Origin: an uncultured Bacteroidota bacterium
GTDB taxonomy: Bacteria; Bacteroidota; Bacteroidia; JADZBD01
Direction of reading: 5' to 3'
Length of the DNA: 64,000 nt
Assembly: GCA_937924855.1 (NCBI GenBank)
Contig: CALEYQ010000057.1
Coordinates: forward strand, 6,768-70,767
Part shown: positions 9,105-19,188 of the stretch, in pieces
How the letters are laid out: every line of letters starts with the position of its first letter
Position numbering within the stretch: position 1 is the first letter of the stretch
Made by a program: the position numbers and the translations under genes
Notes under the pieces: generated by a model
What the model saw: only the letters and a program-made list of their open reading frames with translations
The model's database searches: none
What the model was told of the DNA's origin: nothing

Positions 9105-10397
9105 TTACTTTTTTTGTGCGGTAAATATACGGTCTATTAAGTAAATAACAATACCTGCGGTAACGGTTAAAAGGCCGGTGGTCGATTCCTCGGGTTTAAG
9201 CTCAAAACCCTTATACAGGATCCAACCCGTAACCAGGATAAATATAATAGGGGGCAGGGGATAGCCCCAGGTTTTATATGGACGGGGAAGTTCGGGTTTC
9301 ATTATCCGGAGGACAAAAAGGCCTGATACGGTCAAAAAAGTAAAAATGTTTATGGTAAATCCTATGTACATCAGGACTGATTCAAAGGTGCTGGTAAAAA
9401 TAAGCACCAGGGAAATCAGGGATTGAAACAGTACGGCCAGCCATGGAATTCCATTTTTGTTCTTCAGGCTGAAAATTCGTAACAATCCGAGGTCTTCACC
9501 CATTACCATGGCAACGCGGGGTCCAACAAGCACCATTGAGCTAACCGATGAAACTAGCAGGATGGCAATAATGCCTCCAATTACTTTTCCGCCTACCTCC
9601 CCGAAAATATATCCGGCTGAAATATAACCTACTTCTTTCTGACCGGCCATTTCAGCAATGGGGGTGGTATAGAGGAAAATAAAATTCAGAAATACGTAAA
9701 GTGCCGTTACTACCAGGGTTCCACGAAAAAGGCTTTTGGGCAGGTTTTTTTGGGGGTTGTCGAGCTCCCCTGCAATGTAGGCCGCAGCATTCCAACCGGA
9801 ATAAGAATAGGAAACCCAGTACAATCCAATGGCAAATGCCGGGGATAGCAACTGTTCAAAGGAGTCGGATTCGGGAAGAAAGGAAATGCCCGGAGCCGGG
9901 TTCCCAAAGAATCCGGCAATAATTATCGCAGTTATGAGAATAACTTTCAGAAAGGTGAACAGGTTTTGTACCAGGCTTCCGGTTTTCAGGCTTGAGGCAT
10001 GAATAAGGGTCAGCAATAGAATAACGGCTGAGGCAATGATTTTTTCGTCGCCCCAGTTCATTACTTTCGAAGCATACCCTCCCAGGGCCATTGCTGCCAG
10101 GGCAACGGGTGCGGCAAACCCTACCGTAATGGATACAAATCCGCTCAGGAATCCAAGGGCCGGATGATAAATTTTTGAGAGGTAATGGTATTCGCTGCCG
10201 CTACGGGGAAAAGCAGCCCCGATTTCTCCATAAGAAAGAGCTCCGCAAAGGGCAACAAGCCCTCCCATTACCCAGAGCAAAAGAATGGTAAAGCCGGAGG
10301 TTATGTCAAGCACCTGAAATCCGAGGCTGGTAAAAACCCCGGTTCCAATCATGTTTGCAATTACCAGGGAGGTGGCGGTAGTAAGTGATATCTTCAA
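9105..10397 (-). CDS. Amino acid permease (APC superfamily)
   Basis: 430 aa, ~12 TM. N-terminal ATSLVIANMIGTGVFTSLG signature of APC transporters. Confidence 0.8.
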   Translation of the reverse strand: MKISLTTATSLVIANMIGTGVFTSLGFQVLDITSGFTILLLWVMGGLVALCGALSYGEIGAAFPRSGSEYHYLSKIYHPALGFLSGFVSITVGFAAPVALAAMALGGYASKVMNWGDEKIIASAVILLLTLIHASSLKTGSLVQNLFTFLKVILITAIIIAGFFGNPAPGISFLPESDSFEQLLSPAFAIGLYWVSYSYSGWNAAAYIAGELDNPQKNLPKSLFRGTLVVTALYVFLNFIFLYTTPIAEMAGQKEVGYISAGYIFGEVGGKVIGGIIAILLVSSVSSMVLVGPRVAMVMGEDLGLLRIFSLKNKNGIPWLAVLFQSLISLVLIFTSTFESVLMYIGFTINIFTFLTVSGLFVLRIMKPELPRPYKTWGYPLPPIIFILVTGWILYKGFELKPEESTTGLLTVTAGIVIYLIDRIFTAQKK

Positions 10398-10413
10398 CGC
10401 GAAATTTTTTGGC

Positions 10414-12375
10414 TTAAACTTTCATACCCATTACCAAAATGTCATCAACCTGATCATATCCTTGCTTCCATTCCCGAAAATTTTTCTCCAGAATGTTTTT
10501 TTGCTCGGCCATGGGAAGTGTCCAGTGATCGACCAGGAGTTTTTTGAAATTTCGCAACATGAATTTTTTCCCGTGCTTACCACCGAACTGGTCTGAGTAC
10601 CCATCGGTGAACAGGTAAATACAATCGCCGTTTTGTAAATCCATTTCGTGACCCTGAAAGGTTTTTTCACGATCAATATATCCTCCGATGGTAAATTTAT
10701 TGGCCGACAACTCAACCATTTTCCCATTGCGCACAAGGTATAGGGGCCGAAATGCTCCTGAATACTGAATTTTCATCTTGTCAAGGTGAATGGCTGCCAG
10801 GGCTATGTCCATCCCGTCGGTGGTGGATTCAAATCCTTTTTGATAAAGAGCCCTGTTTATTCCTGCATCCAGGGCTTTGAGGGCATTTTCAGGAGAAGTA
10901 ACGTTTGCATCGCTTATGATCTGGTTCAGCAACTGAACGCAAATTAAGCTCATAAAAGCCCCGGGAACCCCATGACCCGTACAATCGGCCGAAGCAACAA
11001 TAAATACATTTCCAATGCGATGAAACCAGTAAAAATCTCCGCTTACGATATCCCTGGGCGAATAATAAACGAAATGATCGGGAATGCTTTTTTGAATGAT
11101 GGACTGATCGGGCAAAATGGCTCTCTGAATACGAAGCGCATATTTAATGCTGTCTGTTATGTCTTTGTTTTTTCGTTCAATGATGAGGTTGCTTTCGGCC
11201 AGTTTTTCGCTGGTGATTTTCTTGTTTTTGTAATTTGAGTAAAGAAGCATGGAAAGCGCCATTAAAACAACAAACACTATGGCTCCCCCAATCAGAAGGA
11301 TTTTTTGCAACCCTAAACGAGCTTCCTGAGCCTGCAATTTTTCCTCCTGAACAGCGAGTTTTTGCTGTTGCATTTCAGACTCATACATGGCCTGCATTTC
11401 GGCAATTTTTTTGGTTGTGTTTTCGGTAAACAGAGAATCTTTTAAGCGAAGGTGTTTTTTTAAGTAATAAATAGATTTTTCCAAATTGCCCGACAACCTG
11501 TGTGCTTCGGCTCCTACCTCATAGGCATTCAGCATAAAATCTTTGGCGTCAATATCCTCAGCAGCTTTGATCCCCCTTTCAGCGTACTTAACGGATAAGT
11601 CGGTTCTTTTTAAATCCATGTAAACTTCAGCAATATTCATATTGGCACTTGCAATGCCTTTTTTTTCGCCGATTTCTTCTTTTATGGCCAGGGAACGGAT
11701 ATAAAATTCGAGGGCTTTTTCGGGAAATCCCTGTTCTATAAATACATTACCCATATTGTTCAGGGCATAACTCACTCCCCTGCGGTCCTTGATTTCTTCC
11801 CGCAATGCCAGCGCAATTTCAAAATAAACCATGGCTGAATCAAATACCTTGGTAAAGTAAAAGGAGTTCCCAATGTTGTTGTAAATATTGGCAACTATTC
11901 TCTTTTCCGGGATTACATCCCGGTAACTAAGGGCCCTCCTTAAAATTTTCAGGGCCATTTCTTCATTACGAAGTTTCTGATAAACAAATCCCACAGTGCC
12001 CAGGGCGTAACCGATCATGGCCGGATTGTTTTTTTCTTCGCCTATTTTCTGGGCATCCAGCGAAATTTTCAACGCCGACTCCAGGTTGGCCTGGGAAATA
12101 TACACGGTGGCCTTACTGGAATAGGCTATAATCCTTAGCCATGGACTGTTTAATTTTTCGGCAAGTGCAACTTCCAGTTTGCAAAGGCTATCGGCATGTG
12201 CGGGATTTATGGTGGAGTATTCGGCAACCAGTTTCGAAAGCAGAACCACTTTGTCGGAGTCGCCTGCATTAACAAGCTTTCTTTCCAGTTCAGTAATTAT
12301 AGGATTTTGGCCAAAACCATAGGACCACAAAAAAAATTGGCAAAGGAGGGCAAGACAAATCCCGGAATTCTTCAT
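10414..12375 (-). CDS. Sensor serine phosphatase: signal peptide, periplasmic TPR repeats, TM helix, cytoplasmic SpoIIE/PP2C domain (RsbU-like)
   Basis: 653 aa. TPR-like repeats across residues ~60-330, a coiled coil, then the TM segment ILLIGGAIVFVVLMALSMLLY. PP2C motifs are present: SGDFYWF, ADCTGHGVPGAFMS, FTDGYSDQ. Confidence 0.8.
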   Translation of the reverse strand: MKNSGICLALLCQFFLWSYGFGQNPIITELERKLVNAGDSDKVVLLSKLVAEYSTINPAHADSLCKLEVALAEKLNSPWLRIIAYSSKATVYISQANLESALKISLDAQKIGEEKNNPAMIGYALGTVGFVYQKLRNEEMALKILRRALSYRDVIPEKRIVANIYNNIGNSFYFTKVFDSAMVYFEIALALREEIKDRRGVSYALNNMGNVFIEQGFPEKALEFYIRSLAIKEEIGEKKGIASANMNIAEVYMDLKRTDLSVKYAERGIKAAEDIDAKDFMLNAYEVGAEAHRLSGNLEKSIYYLKKHLRLKDSLFTENTTKKIAEMQAMYESEMQQQKLAVQEEKLQAQEARLGLQKILLIGGAIVFVVLMALSMLLYSNYKNKKITSEKLAESNLIIERKNKDITDSIKYALRIQRAILPDQSIIQKSIPDHFVYYSPRDIVSGDFYWFHRIGNVFIVASADCTGHGVPGAFMSLICVQLLNQIISDANVTSPENALKALDAGINRALYQKGFESTTDGMDIALAAIHLDKMKIQYSGAFRPLYLVRNGKMVELSANKFTIGGYIDREKTFQGHEMDLQNGDCIYLFTDGYSDQFGGKHGKKFMLRNFKKLLVDHWTLPMAEQKNILEKNFREWKQGYDQVDDILVMGMKV

Positions 12376-12414
12376 TCGAAATGTAAAGAAAGCAAAAAAC
12401 CTTGGAATAAGTCT

Positions 12415-12765
12415 TTATTTAACCTTAACGGGAAGTGCCCCACCGAAAATTCCTGAGCCATCTAAAGCCTTGATATTCACCGGAATTCCTGAAGAGTAAA
12501 TGCTGCTTCCGGAAACCTCCTTCAGGTTTATGGGCAGTGTTCCGTAAATGCTATATCCCCCCAATTCCTTCAGGTTTACATCCATGGTGCTGTTAACCAG
12601 GGTAACATTCATTGATCCGTCTGGATTTAGGACAGGGCCATTCAGGTAATGCCCGGATTTTCCGGCATATGCGGTTTTAACCGGGAAGATGTTTTGAAAA
12701 GCAATAATGCCCAGAAAAAGGGCGATGGCCGTTAAAACGGCCTTAGTGTAGTTGTCGGCTTGCAT
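12415..12765 (-). CDS. Small secreted protein with tandem ~14-aa repeats
   Basis: 116 aa. Signal/TM at the N-terminus. The C-terminal half carries the repeats VNLKELGGYSIYG / INLKEVSGSSIYSSG / VNIKALDGSGIFGG. A matching DNA repeat (ccttcaggtttat / ccttcaggtttac) is visible at ~12520-12590. Confidence 0.45.
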   Translation of the reverse strand: MQADNYTKAVLTAIALFLGIIAFQNIFPVKTAYAGKSGHYLNGPVLNPDGSMNVTLVNSTMDVNLKELGGYSIYGTLPINLKEVSGSSIYSSGIPVNIKALDGSGIFGGALPVKVK

Positions 12766-12807
12766 ATATGTTTTTAGGGCAAACCGATCAATTTTAATGC
12801 CACCTGC

Positions 12808-14088
12808 TTACCTGAATTCTTTTATAACCGCTGAAATAACGGATAAAGCTTCACGGAGTTCACTTTCCGTAATCAAAAGGGGAGGGGCAAACCGGATGGT
12901 GTCGCCGTGCGTTGGTTTGGCCAGCAGTCCTTTCTCTTTGAGGGCAAGACATATTTCCCAGGCGGCATTTTTATTTTCATGAGAAATCACCAGGGCTCCC
13001 CAAAGGCCAAGGCTTCTTACTGTTTTTATCAGGTCTTTTCGGGAGTTTTTTATTTTTTCGAGTTCTTCCCCGAAAATTTTTCCGAGCCTGAAGGAATTTT
13101 GTATCAGGTCTTCTTCCTCCAGAACTTTTATAGATTCCATAGCTACGGCACAGGCTAAAGGATTACCTCCGTAGGTGCTTCCGTGCTGCCCGGGTTTAAT
13201 CGTAAGCATAATTTCATCGTCTGCCAAAACCGCAGCAACCGGCAACATGCCACCGGAAAGGGCTTTTCCCAAAATAAGGATGTCGGGTCGTACATTTTCA
13301 TAATCGCAGGCCAGCCGTTTTCCAACCCGGCCAAGTCCGCTTTGAATTTCATCGGCGATAAATAAAACATTATAACGGGAGCAAATCTCACGGCAGGTTT
13401 TCAGGTAACCTTCATCAGGAATAATTACACCGGCTTCTCCCTGAACGGGTTCAACCAGAAAACCGGCCACATCCTGATTTATGGATAACACCTTCTCAAG
13501 CGCCGCGGCATCATTGTAAGGAATACGGATTATCCCGGGGGTATAGGGTCCAAAACCTGTTCTTGATTCAGGATCGCCAGAAAGGGAAACAACGGTAATG
13601 GTGCGTCCGTGAAAATTCCCTTCACAACAAATAATTACAGCTTTGTTTTCAGGAATCCCCTTTTTTTCATAACCCCAGCGACGGGCAAGTTTAACGGCGG
13701 TTTCAACCCCTTCGGCACCGGTATTCATGGGCAATACTTTGTGGTATCCGAAGTATTCAGTGATAAAGCGGGCATACTCCCCGAGTTTATCGTTATAAAA
13801 GGCTCTTGATGTAAGTGTAATTTTTGCCGCCTGGTCGAAAAACACCTTCATGATCCGTGGATGGCAGTGTCCCTGATTAACGGCTGAATAGGCCGATAAA
13901 AAATCCATGTATTTTTTTCCTTCCGGATCCCACACATAAATGCCTTCGCCTCGTTCAATAACTACCGGAATGGGGTGGTAATTATGGGCACCGTATTTTT
14001 CTTCCAGGCTGATAGCTTCCCTGCTTGAAATGGCCTTCTTCATAAGAGTTTTCATAGAATGTAAAGGTACGAAAAAGGGCCCAAACAA
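12808..14088 (-). CDS. rocD: Ornithine aminotransferase (class-III PLP aminotransferase)
   Basis: Strong resemblance to OAT: [35 protein letters not shown]-lysine region ILGKALSGG. The true start may be the internal Met MKTLMKKA at 14055. Confidence 0.85.
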   Translation of the reverse strand: MFGPFFVPLHSMKTLMKKAISSREAISLEEKYGAHNYHPIPVVIERGEGIYVWDPEGKKYMDFLSAYSAVNQGHCHPRIMKVFFDQAAKITLTSRAFYNDKLGEYARFITEYFGYHKVLPMNTGAEGVETAVKLARRWGYEKKGIPENKAVIICCEGNFHGRTITVVSLSGDPESRTGFGPYTPGIIRIPYNDAAALEKVLSINQDVAGFLVEPVQGEAGVIIPDEGYLKTCREICSRYNVLFIADEIQSGLGRVGKRLACDYENVRPDILILGKALSGGMLPVAAVLADDEIMLTIKPGQHGSTYGGNPLACAVAMESIKVLEEEDLIQNSFRLGKIFGEELEKIKNSRKDLIKTVRSLGLWGALVISHENKNAAWEICLALKEKGLLAKPTHGDTIRFAPPLLITESELREALSVISAVIKEFR

Positions 14089-14093
14089 AGAAT

Positions 14094-14648
14094 TCAGATG
14101 GTTTGCATCCGGTCGAATTCTTCACGCGTTATGACCCAGTCTATTACCTCCTGCTCAAAATTAAAAGAACCGGGAATCAGTGTTTTTCTGCCCATATTCC
14201 TAAACCCTGCTTTTTCAAGAACGCGGTGCGGAGCCGGATTGGCTGCGTAGGGCATGCAACGCAATTTTTTCAGATGGAAATTTTTAAAATAAAAGGGTAT
14301 AGATTTTCTGACAAATTCAGTTCCAATGCCTTTCTGCCGGCCATCGGTCTTCCATAAATGAAGGTGCATGGCTGCTTCATTACCAAAATCAATGGGATTG
14401 ATGTTGGAATGGCCACAGGGAATGTTGTTCAGCCACCAGATAACACAATAGGCTTTTTTGTGTTCATAGGGGGATTGAATCTGCAACTCAAGGGTTTTTT
14501 TAAACTGATTTCGTTCGGGAAATAATTTCAAATCTATTCCCATACCGGTTAAAAATTCCGGACTGGCAGAATACCAGTAGTCAAGCAGGAGCTCAATCTC
14601 GGCAGGACTTATTTCCCTTACTTCAATCTTAAGGGGATTTTCCATCAC
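14094..14648 (-). CDS. GNAT-family N-acetyltransferase
   Basis: 184-aa ORF with an acetyl-CoA-binding-like segment QKGIGTEFV. Confidence 0.6.
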   Translation of the reverse strand: MMENPLKIEVREISPAEIELLLDYWYSASPEFLTGMGIDLKLFPERNQFKKTLELQIQSPYEHKKAYCVIWWLNNIPCGHSNINPIDFGNEAAMHLHLWKTDGRQKGIGTEFVRKSIPFYFKNFHLKKLRCMPYAANPAPHRVLEKAGFRNMGRKTLIPGSFNFEQEVIDWVITREEFDRMQTI

Positions 14649-15863
14649 CTATTTCTTTTTTCTTTTTTCGTTCTCAGCAATCAGCTTTTTCCAGTCTCCC
14701 TCTTCTCCGGTTTTTGTTTCCGATAAAGAGTCCAGTTCTTCCCTGCTTAAAGATATCCGCTGAATTTTTTTTCCGGTAAACTTTTCAATTTCCCCCATCA
14801 ATGGTTTTTCCCCGGGCGAGCAAAAACTCAAGGCTTTTCCCCTTTTTGTTCCACGGCCTGTACGGCCAACCCGGTGCACATAAACGCGGGGATCGTCGGG
14901 GAGATCGTAATTAATAACCCAATCAATATCAGGGATGTCAATGCCCCGTGCACTTACATCCGTTGCCACCAGAATTTTTTCTTCACCTGATCGGAATTTT
15001 TTAAGATTAAAATTCCGGGTTTTTTGTTCCATACCTCCATGTAGTCCAACGCAGGGGAAGTTTTTTCCCATCAGAAATTTCTGAACCCTCTCCACTCTTA
15101 CCTTGGTTCGTGCGAAAATCAGAATTTTTTCTCCGGGATGGGATTCGAGGAATTTCTGAAGCACAAATCTTTTTTCATCCATTTCCGCAAACAGAAGCGC
15201 ATGGTCGATATTGGCATTTACCGGATCGCGGGGCGAAACACTGATACGAATCGGATTTCGCACAATATCATAAGCCAGTTTTTTAATTTTTGGATTCAGT
15301 GTTGCTGAAAAAAACAGGGTTTGCCGGCGGCTTTTCAGCATGGGTAAAACAGCTTTTATGTCTTTGTAAAATCCCATGTCCAGCATACGGTCCGCCTCAT
15401 CGAGGATAAGAATTTCAGCTCTGTGCAACAGAAGATTGCCGCGGTTTATCAGGTCGAACATTCGACCGGGGGTTGAGATTAGGACATCTACCCCCAGGTT
15501 TAATTTTTCTATCTGACGCTCTATTCCTGCACCGCCGAAAATTCCCAGGAATGATAAGGGTGTATATCTTCCAAGGGCGATGAAAACCGATTCCAGTTGC
15601 TTTCCAAGTTCGCGGGTGGGAACCATAATCAGGCATTTTACTCCACTTCCTCTTTTTTTTCCATGGCTTTTATGGAGCATGTTTAAGACCGGAAGAGCAA
15701 ATGCTGCGGTTTTCCCGGTTCCGGTTTGGGCAATGGCAAAAACATCTTCTCCCCGTAAAATGGGAGGAATGGCCCTGAATTGAATGTCGGTGGGTTTGAC
15801 AAAGCCGGCCTCCTGAAGCCCCCTTTGAATTTCCGGGGAAAAGGGATAATCGATAAATTTCAT
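14649..15863 (-). CDS. DEAD-box ATP-dependent RNA helicase
   Basis: Q-motif region, AQTGTGKTAAF (motif I), DEAD (as ILDEADRM), SAT, HRVGRTGR (motif VI), and a C-terminal Lys-rich tail. Confidence 0.9.
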   Translation of the reverse strand: MKFIDYPFSPEIQRGLQEAGFVKPTDIQFRAIPPILRGEDVFAIAQTGTGKTAAFALPVLNMLHKSHGKKRGSGVKCLIMVPTRELGKQLESVFIALGRYTPLSFLGIFGGAGIERQIEKLNLGVDVLISTPGRMFDLINRGNLLLHRAEILILDEADRMLDMGFYKDIKAVLPMLKSRRQTLFFSATLNPKIKKLAYDIVRNPIRISVSPRDPVNANIDHALLFAEMDEKRFVLQKFLESHPGEKILIFARTKVRVERVQKFLMGKNFPCVGLHGGMEQKTRNFNLKKFRSGEEKILVATDVSARGIDIPDIDWVINYDLPDDPRVYVHRVGRTGRGTKRGKALSFCSPGEKPLMGEIEKFTGKKIQRISLSREELDSLSETKTGEEGDWKKLIAENEKRKKK

Positions 15864-17137
15864 ACTTCAGTTTTTGCCGGTATTGTCCGGGTGTTATTAA
15901 TTAGTGATAAAGCCAGCTGCAACGATTTCTCTGTTGCACCGGTGTTTTTTCTGACATATTCCGAGCCGATGAATCCGGCAATCTGTCTTAAAACCGGGTC
16001 TCGGGCAAGCCAGGAAAGCTTTTCAAAACCTTCTTTTGGCGTGTTCACTCCAAAGGCCCCGCCAAGGGTAATTAATTCTCCGGCCTCGGGAAATTTCCCG
16101 AAGGCAGGACCAAAAACCACCGGAATGCCATAGGCGGCAGGCTCCAGAATATTGTGGATACTCTTTCCAAATCCTCCGCCAATCCAGCAAAGGCTGCCGT
16201 AACGGTAAAGGAATGATAGTTTTCCTATGGTATCTATAATCATAACCCGGGATGCGGGATCAGTTTCTTTTTCTGATCCGGAATACAAAACAGGCGAAAA
16301 TGTGCCAAATGTCCTTTTCAGTAAATCTATTCTGGCAGGGTTGACATCGTGTGGAGCCAAAATAATTTTCCAATCTGCAGCGTGGCTGTTAAGAAATTTC
16401 AGAATTATGGCATCGTCGGGTTCCCAAGCCGAACCTGCAACCAAAATTTTTTGGCCCTCAGAAAATTTCCGAATCTTATCATCTTCAAATGCCTGGCCGG
16501 CCACGGAACTAACACGGTCGAACCTCAGATCTCCGGTAATCTTTGAACTTACATTAATCGTTTTAAGCAGCAATTGAGATCTCTCATCCCGAACACCAAT
16601 TTTAGAGAAAAAGCTCAGGGTTTTCCGGAACCCCTTTCCCCAGAATTTGAAAAAGGGTTGCCCGGAATGGAATACTCCACTGATAAGCAGCAGAGGAATT
16701 TTGTTTTTTGAGATTTCTCTCAAATGAAAATGCCAAAACTCATATTTTACAAATATTACCAGATCGGGTCTTAGAAATGAAACGGTCTTTGCAGCATTGC
16801 CGGGTGTGTCGAGGGGTAAATAAAAAACAAAATGCGCCTTTTCATAGTTCTTTCTAACTTCAAAGCCACTGGGTGAAAAAAAGGAAAGTGCAACGGTATA
16901 AGCTCCCTCATTAAAAAACTTCTCAATAAGGGGCCTTCCCTGCTCAAATTCCCCCAGCGATGCGCAATGAAACCATATCAGTTTTTTTGTAGGGTCTTTT
17001 CTTTGTGCGAATTCCGATAATCGGGAAAAGGTATTTTTCCTTCCCCGTATCCAAAGTCTTGCCTTTTCAGAGAAGAAGGAAGCAATAAAAATGCCGAACC
17101 GGTACACGTAAATTCCTGGAAGAAAGAAAAAAGACAT
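15860..17137 (-). CDS. waaA: 3-deoxy-D-manno-octulosonic acid (Kdo) transferase
   Basis: 425 aa. N-terminal membrane anchor, FHCASLGEFEQGRPLI (equivalent to the HAASVGE Kdo-transferase motif), C-terminal GT-B domain. Confidence 0.8.
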   Translation of the reverse strand: MSFFFLPGIYVYRFGIFIASFFSEKARLWIRGRKNTFSRLSEFAQRKDPTKKLIWFHCASLGEFEQGRPLIEKFFNEGAYTVALSFFSPSGFEVRKNYEKAHFVFYLPLDTPGNAAKTVSFLRPDLVIFVKYEFWHFHLREISKNKIPLLLISGVFHSGQPFFKFWGKGFRKTLSFFSKIGVRDERSQLLLKTINVSSKITGDLRFDRVSSVAGQAFEDDKIRKFSEGQKILVAGSAWEPDDAIILKFLNSHAADWKIILAPHDVNPARIDLLKRTFGTFSPVLYSGSEKETDPASRVMIIDTIGKLSFLYRYGSLCWIGGGFGKSIHNILEPAAYGIPVVFGPAFGKFPEAGELITLGGAFGVNTPKEGFEKLSWLARDPVLRQIAGFIGSEYVRKNTGATEKSLQLALSLINNTRTIPAKTEV

Positions 17138-17143
17138 CAGCGG

Positions 17144-17902
17144 CTAGTAGTAGTAGATATCTTTGGCGGTCTTCTTATACAAAGGAAGAATCCACCCGAC
17201 ACGAATTCCATGCAGCAGGTCAAGCCGTTTTGAATTATCTCTTTCCATTGTATCAAAATTATAACTGCGTGCGCTCCGGGTAAAGCCCTGATAGAATTCA
17301 AGCCCTGCAAAAAAGTTAATCATTTTGTTTTCCGAAATATACATGTATCCAACATATTCGGAAATTACATAACCCATGGTTAAGCGGTCATATCCTTTTT
17401 TATATTCTTTCTGAAGTTGGGGAGAGCGGTTCCCGATGTCTTCAATTCTGATTTTATGAGCCATACCGCCCAGGCCTATTTTTGCCACAATTCCTGAATT
17501 GGGATTTCCCTTGCCAATGGGGAATAGCCGCCCGAAATTTAAAGTCCATGTGCCCCCCCGTTCAAAAAGTCTCACATCGGCAAATTGACCGTTCTGGTCA
17601 ATGATAAAGCCCTCATTCCCGCCGGCCTTTATGCTGTCGAGAATTCCTTTCTCTTTTATTTTGTTACTGAAAAGATAAGTAGCGGAACCTCCGATGATCC
17701 ATTGGCTTTCCAGTTTAAAATCCAGTCCCAATCCAACCGATGCATTTGGTCCAAACCGCTTAGCCATATCAGCCCCGGGTAACTGAGCTCCCAGTCCAAT
17801 ATGAATAAGCGGGACGTAAATGGAGGTGTCTTTTATGCCCTGGGCCCATACCAAAGAGCCTGAAAAAAGAAGAGCAAAAAAGGTGGTAATTGAGCGTTTC
17901 AT
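17144..17902 (-). CDS. Outer-membrane beta-barrel protein, function unknown (position next to waaA makes a PagL-like lipid A deacylase conceivable)
   Basis: 252 aa. Signal peptide MKRSITTFFALLFSGSLVWAQ, alternating hydrophobic beta-strand pattern, C-terminal aromatic residues. Confidence 0.5.
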   Translation of the reverse strand: MKRSITTFFALLFSGSLVWAQGIKDTSIYVPLIHIGLGAQLPGADMAKRFGPNASVGLGLDFKLESQWIIGGSATYLFSNKIKEKGILDSIKAGGNEGFIIDQNGQFADVRLFERGGTWTLNFGRLFPIGKGNPNSGIVAKIGLGGMAHKIRIEDIGNRSPQLQKEYKKGYDRLTMGYVISEYVGYMYISENKMINFFAGLEFYQGFTRSARSYNFDTMERDNSKRLDLLHGIRVGWILPLYKKTAKDIYYY

Positions 17903-18040
17903 GCTTCGCTAAAGATACGGATTTTCAGGGTAAATGGGCATAAATGCAACGCAGAGAGCCCGTAATTATTGAGTAGTTTGGATAATTTCAGAAGATAATT
18001 TTTGACCCGTATTCCGTATATTCGCAGACATTTTTATCCC

Positions 18041-19177
18041 ATGGAAAAAGTTGTCCCCAAAATTCAGATGGTAGATCTGAAAACCCAGTACAAAAAAATA
18101 AAACCCGAGGTAGATAAAGCAGTTCAGGAGGTAATAGACAGTGCCGCCTTTATTAATGGTCCTGCCGTAAAATCCTTTGCCGGTTCATTGCAGCAATATT
18201 TGGGGGTAAAACATGTAGTTCCCTGTGCGAACGGGACCGATGCTTTACAAATTGCCATGATGGCCCTCGACCTGAAGCCGGGCGATGAGGTTATTACGGC
18301 CAGTTTTACTTATGTGGCAACTGCCGAGGTGATTGCCTTGCTGAAGTTAACCCCGGTTCTGGTAGATGTTCATCCCGGAACTTTTAATATTGACCCTGCT
18401 GCCGTGGAGGCGGCCATTACCCCGAAAACAAAAGCCATTGTTCCGGTACACCTGTTTGGTCAGTGTGCCGATATGGAATCTCTTTTGGAAATTGCCGGGA
18501 AGCATAACCTGTATATTATTGAAGACACCGCCCAGGCTATTGGTGCTGATTACAAATTTTCAAATGGAAAAGTCCAAAAAGCGGGAACCATGGGAACCAT
18601 TGGTTGTACTTCGTTTTTTCCTTCAAAAAATCTGGGATGCTACGGTGATGGGGGTGCTATTTTTACCCACGACGATGCGCTGGCATCGCGCATCCGTATG
18701 ATTGCCAATCACGGTCAGAGTGTTCAATATGTTCACGATGAAATCGGATGCAATAGCCGTCTCGATTCCATCCAGGCCGCTATCCTCGACATAAAATTAA
18801 AATACCTTGATCAGTACGCTGCTGCACGAAATAAAGCGGCTGAATTTTACGACCACGAATTTGCCCAAATTCCGGAGTTGAAAATTCCGGAACGCTTTTC
18901 GGGTTCTAACCATGTTTTTCATCAATATACTTTACGGGTAACCAACGGCAAAAGAGATGATTTGAAAAAACATTTGGAAAGCCAGGGAATCCCCGCCATG
19001 ATTTATTACCCCATTCCTTTGCATATGCAAAAAGCTTTTGCTTCCGACCGGTATAAGACCGGCGACTTTCCGGTTACGGAGCAATTGTGCAAGGAAGTTA
19101 TTTCCCTTCCCATGCACACCGAACTCGATGCCGATACCTTAAACCTGATTTCAGGAGCCGTAAAATCGTTTTTTTAA
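18041..19177 (+). CDS. DegT/DnrJ/EryC1/StrS-family PLP-dependent sugar aminotransferase
   Basis: The ORF track starts at 18002. The Met at 18041 (MEKVVPKIQMVDLKTQY...) matches the usual N-terminus and leaves room for a TTG...TATATTCG promoter-like element at 18002-18024. Confidence 0.8.
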   Translation: MEKVVPKIQMVDLKTQYKKIKPEVDKAVQEVIDSAAFINGPAVKSFAGSLQQYLGVKHVVPCANGTDALQIAMMALDLKPGDEVITASFTYVATAEVIALLKLTPVLVDVHPGTFNIDPAAVEAAITPKTKAIVPVHLFGQCADMESLLEIAGKHNLYIIEDTAQAIGADYKFSNGKVQKAGTMGTIGCTSFFPSKNLGCYGDGGAIFTHDDALASRIRMIANHGQSVQYVHDEIGCNSRLDSIQAAILDIKLKYLDQYAAARNKAAEFYDHEFAQIPELKIPERFSGSNHVFHQYTLRVTNGKRDDLKKHLESQGIPAMIYYPIPLHMQKAFASDRYKTGDFPVTEQLCKEVISLPMHTELDADTLNLISGAVKSFF

Positions 19178-19188
19178 TTTAGCCCTCT

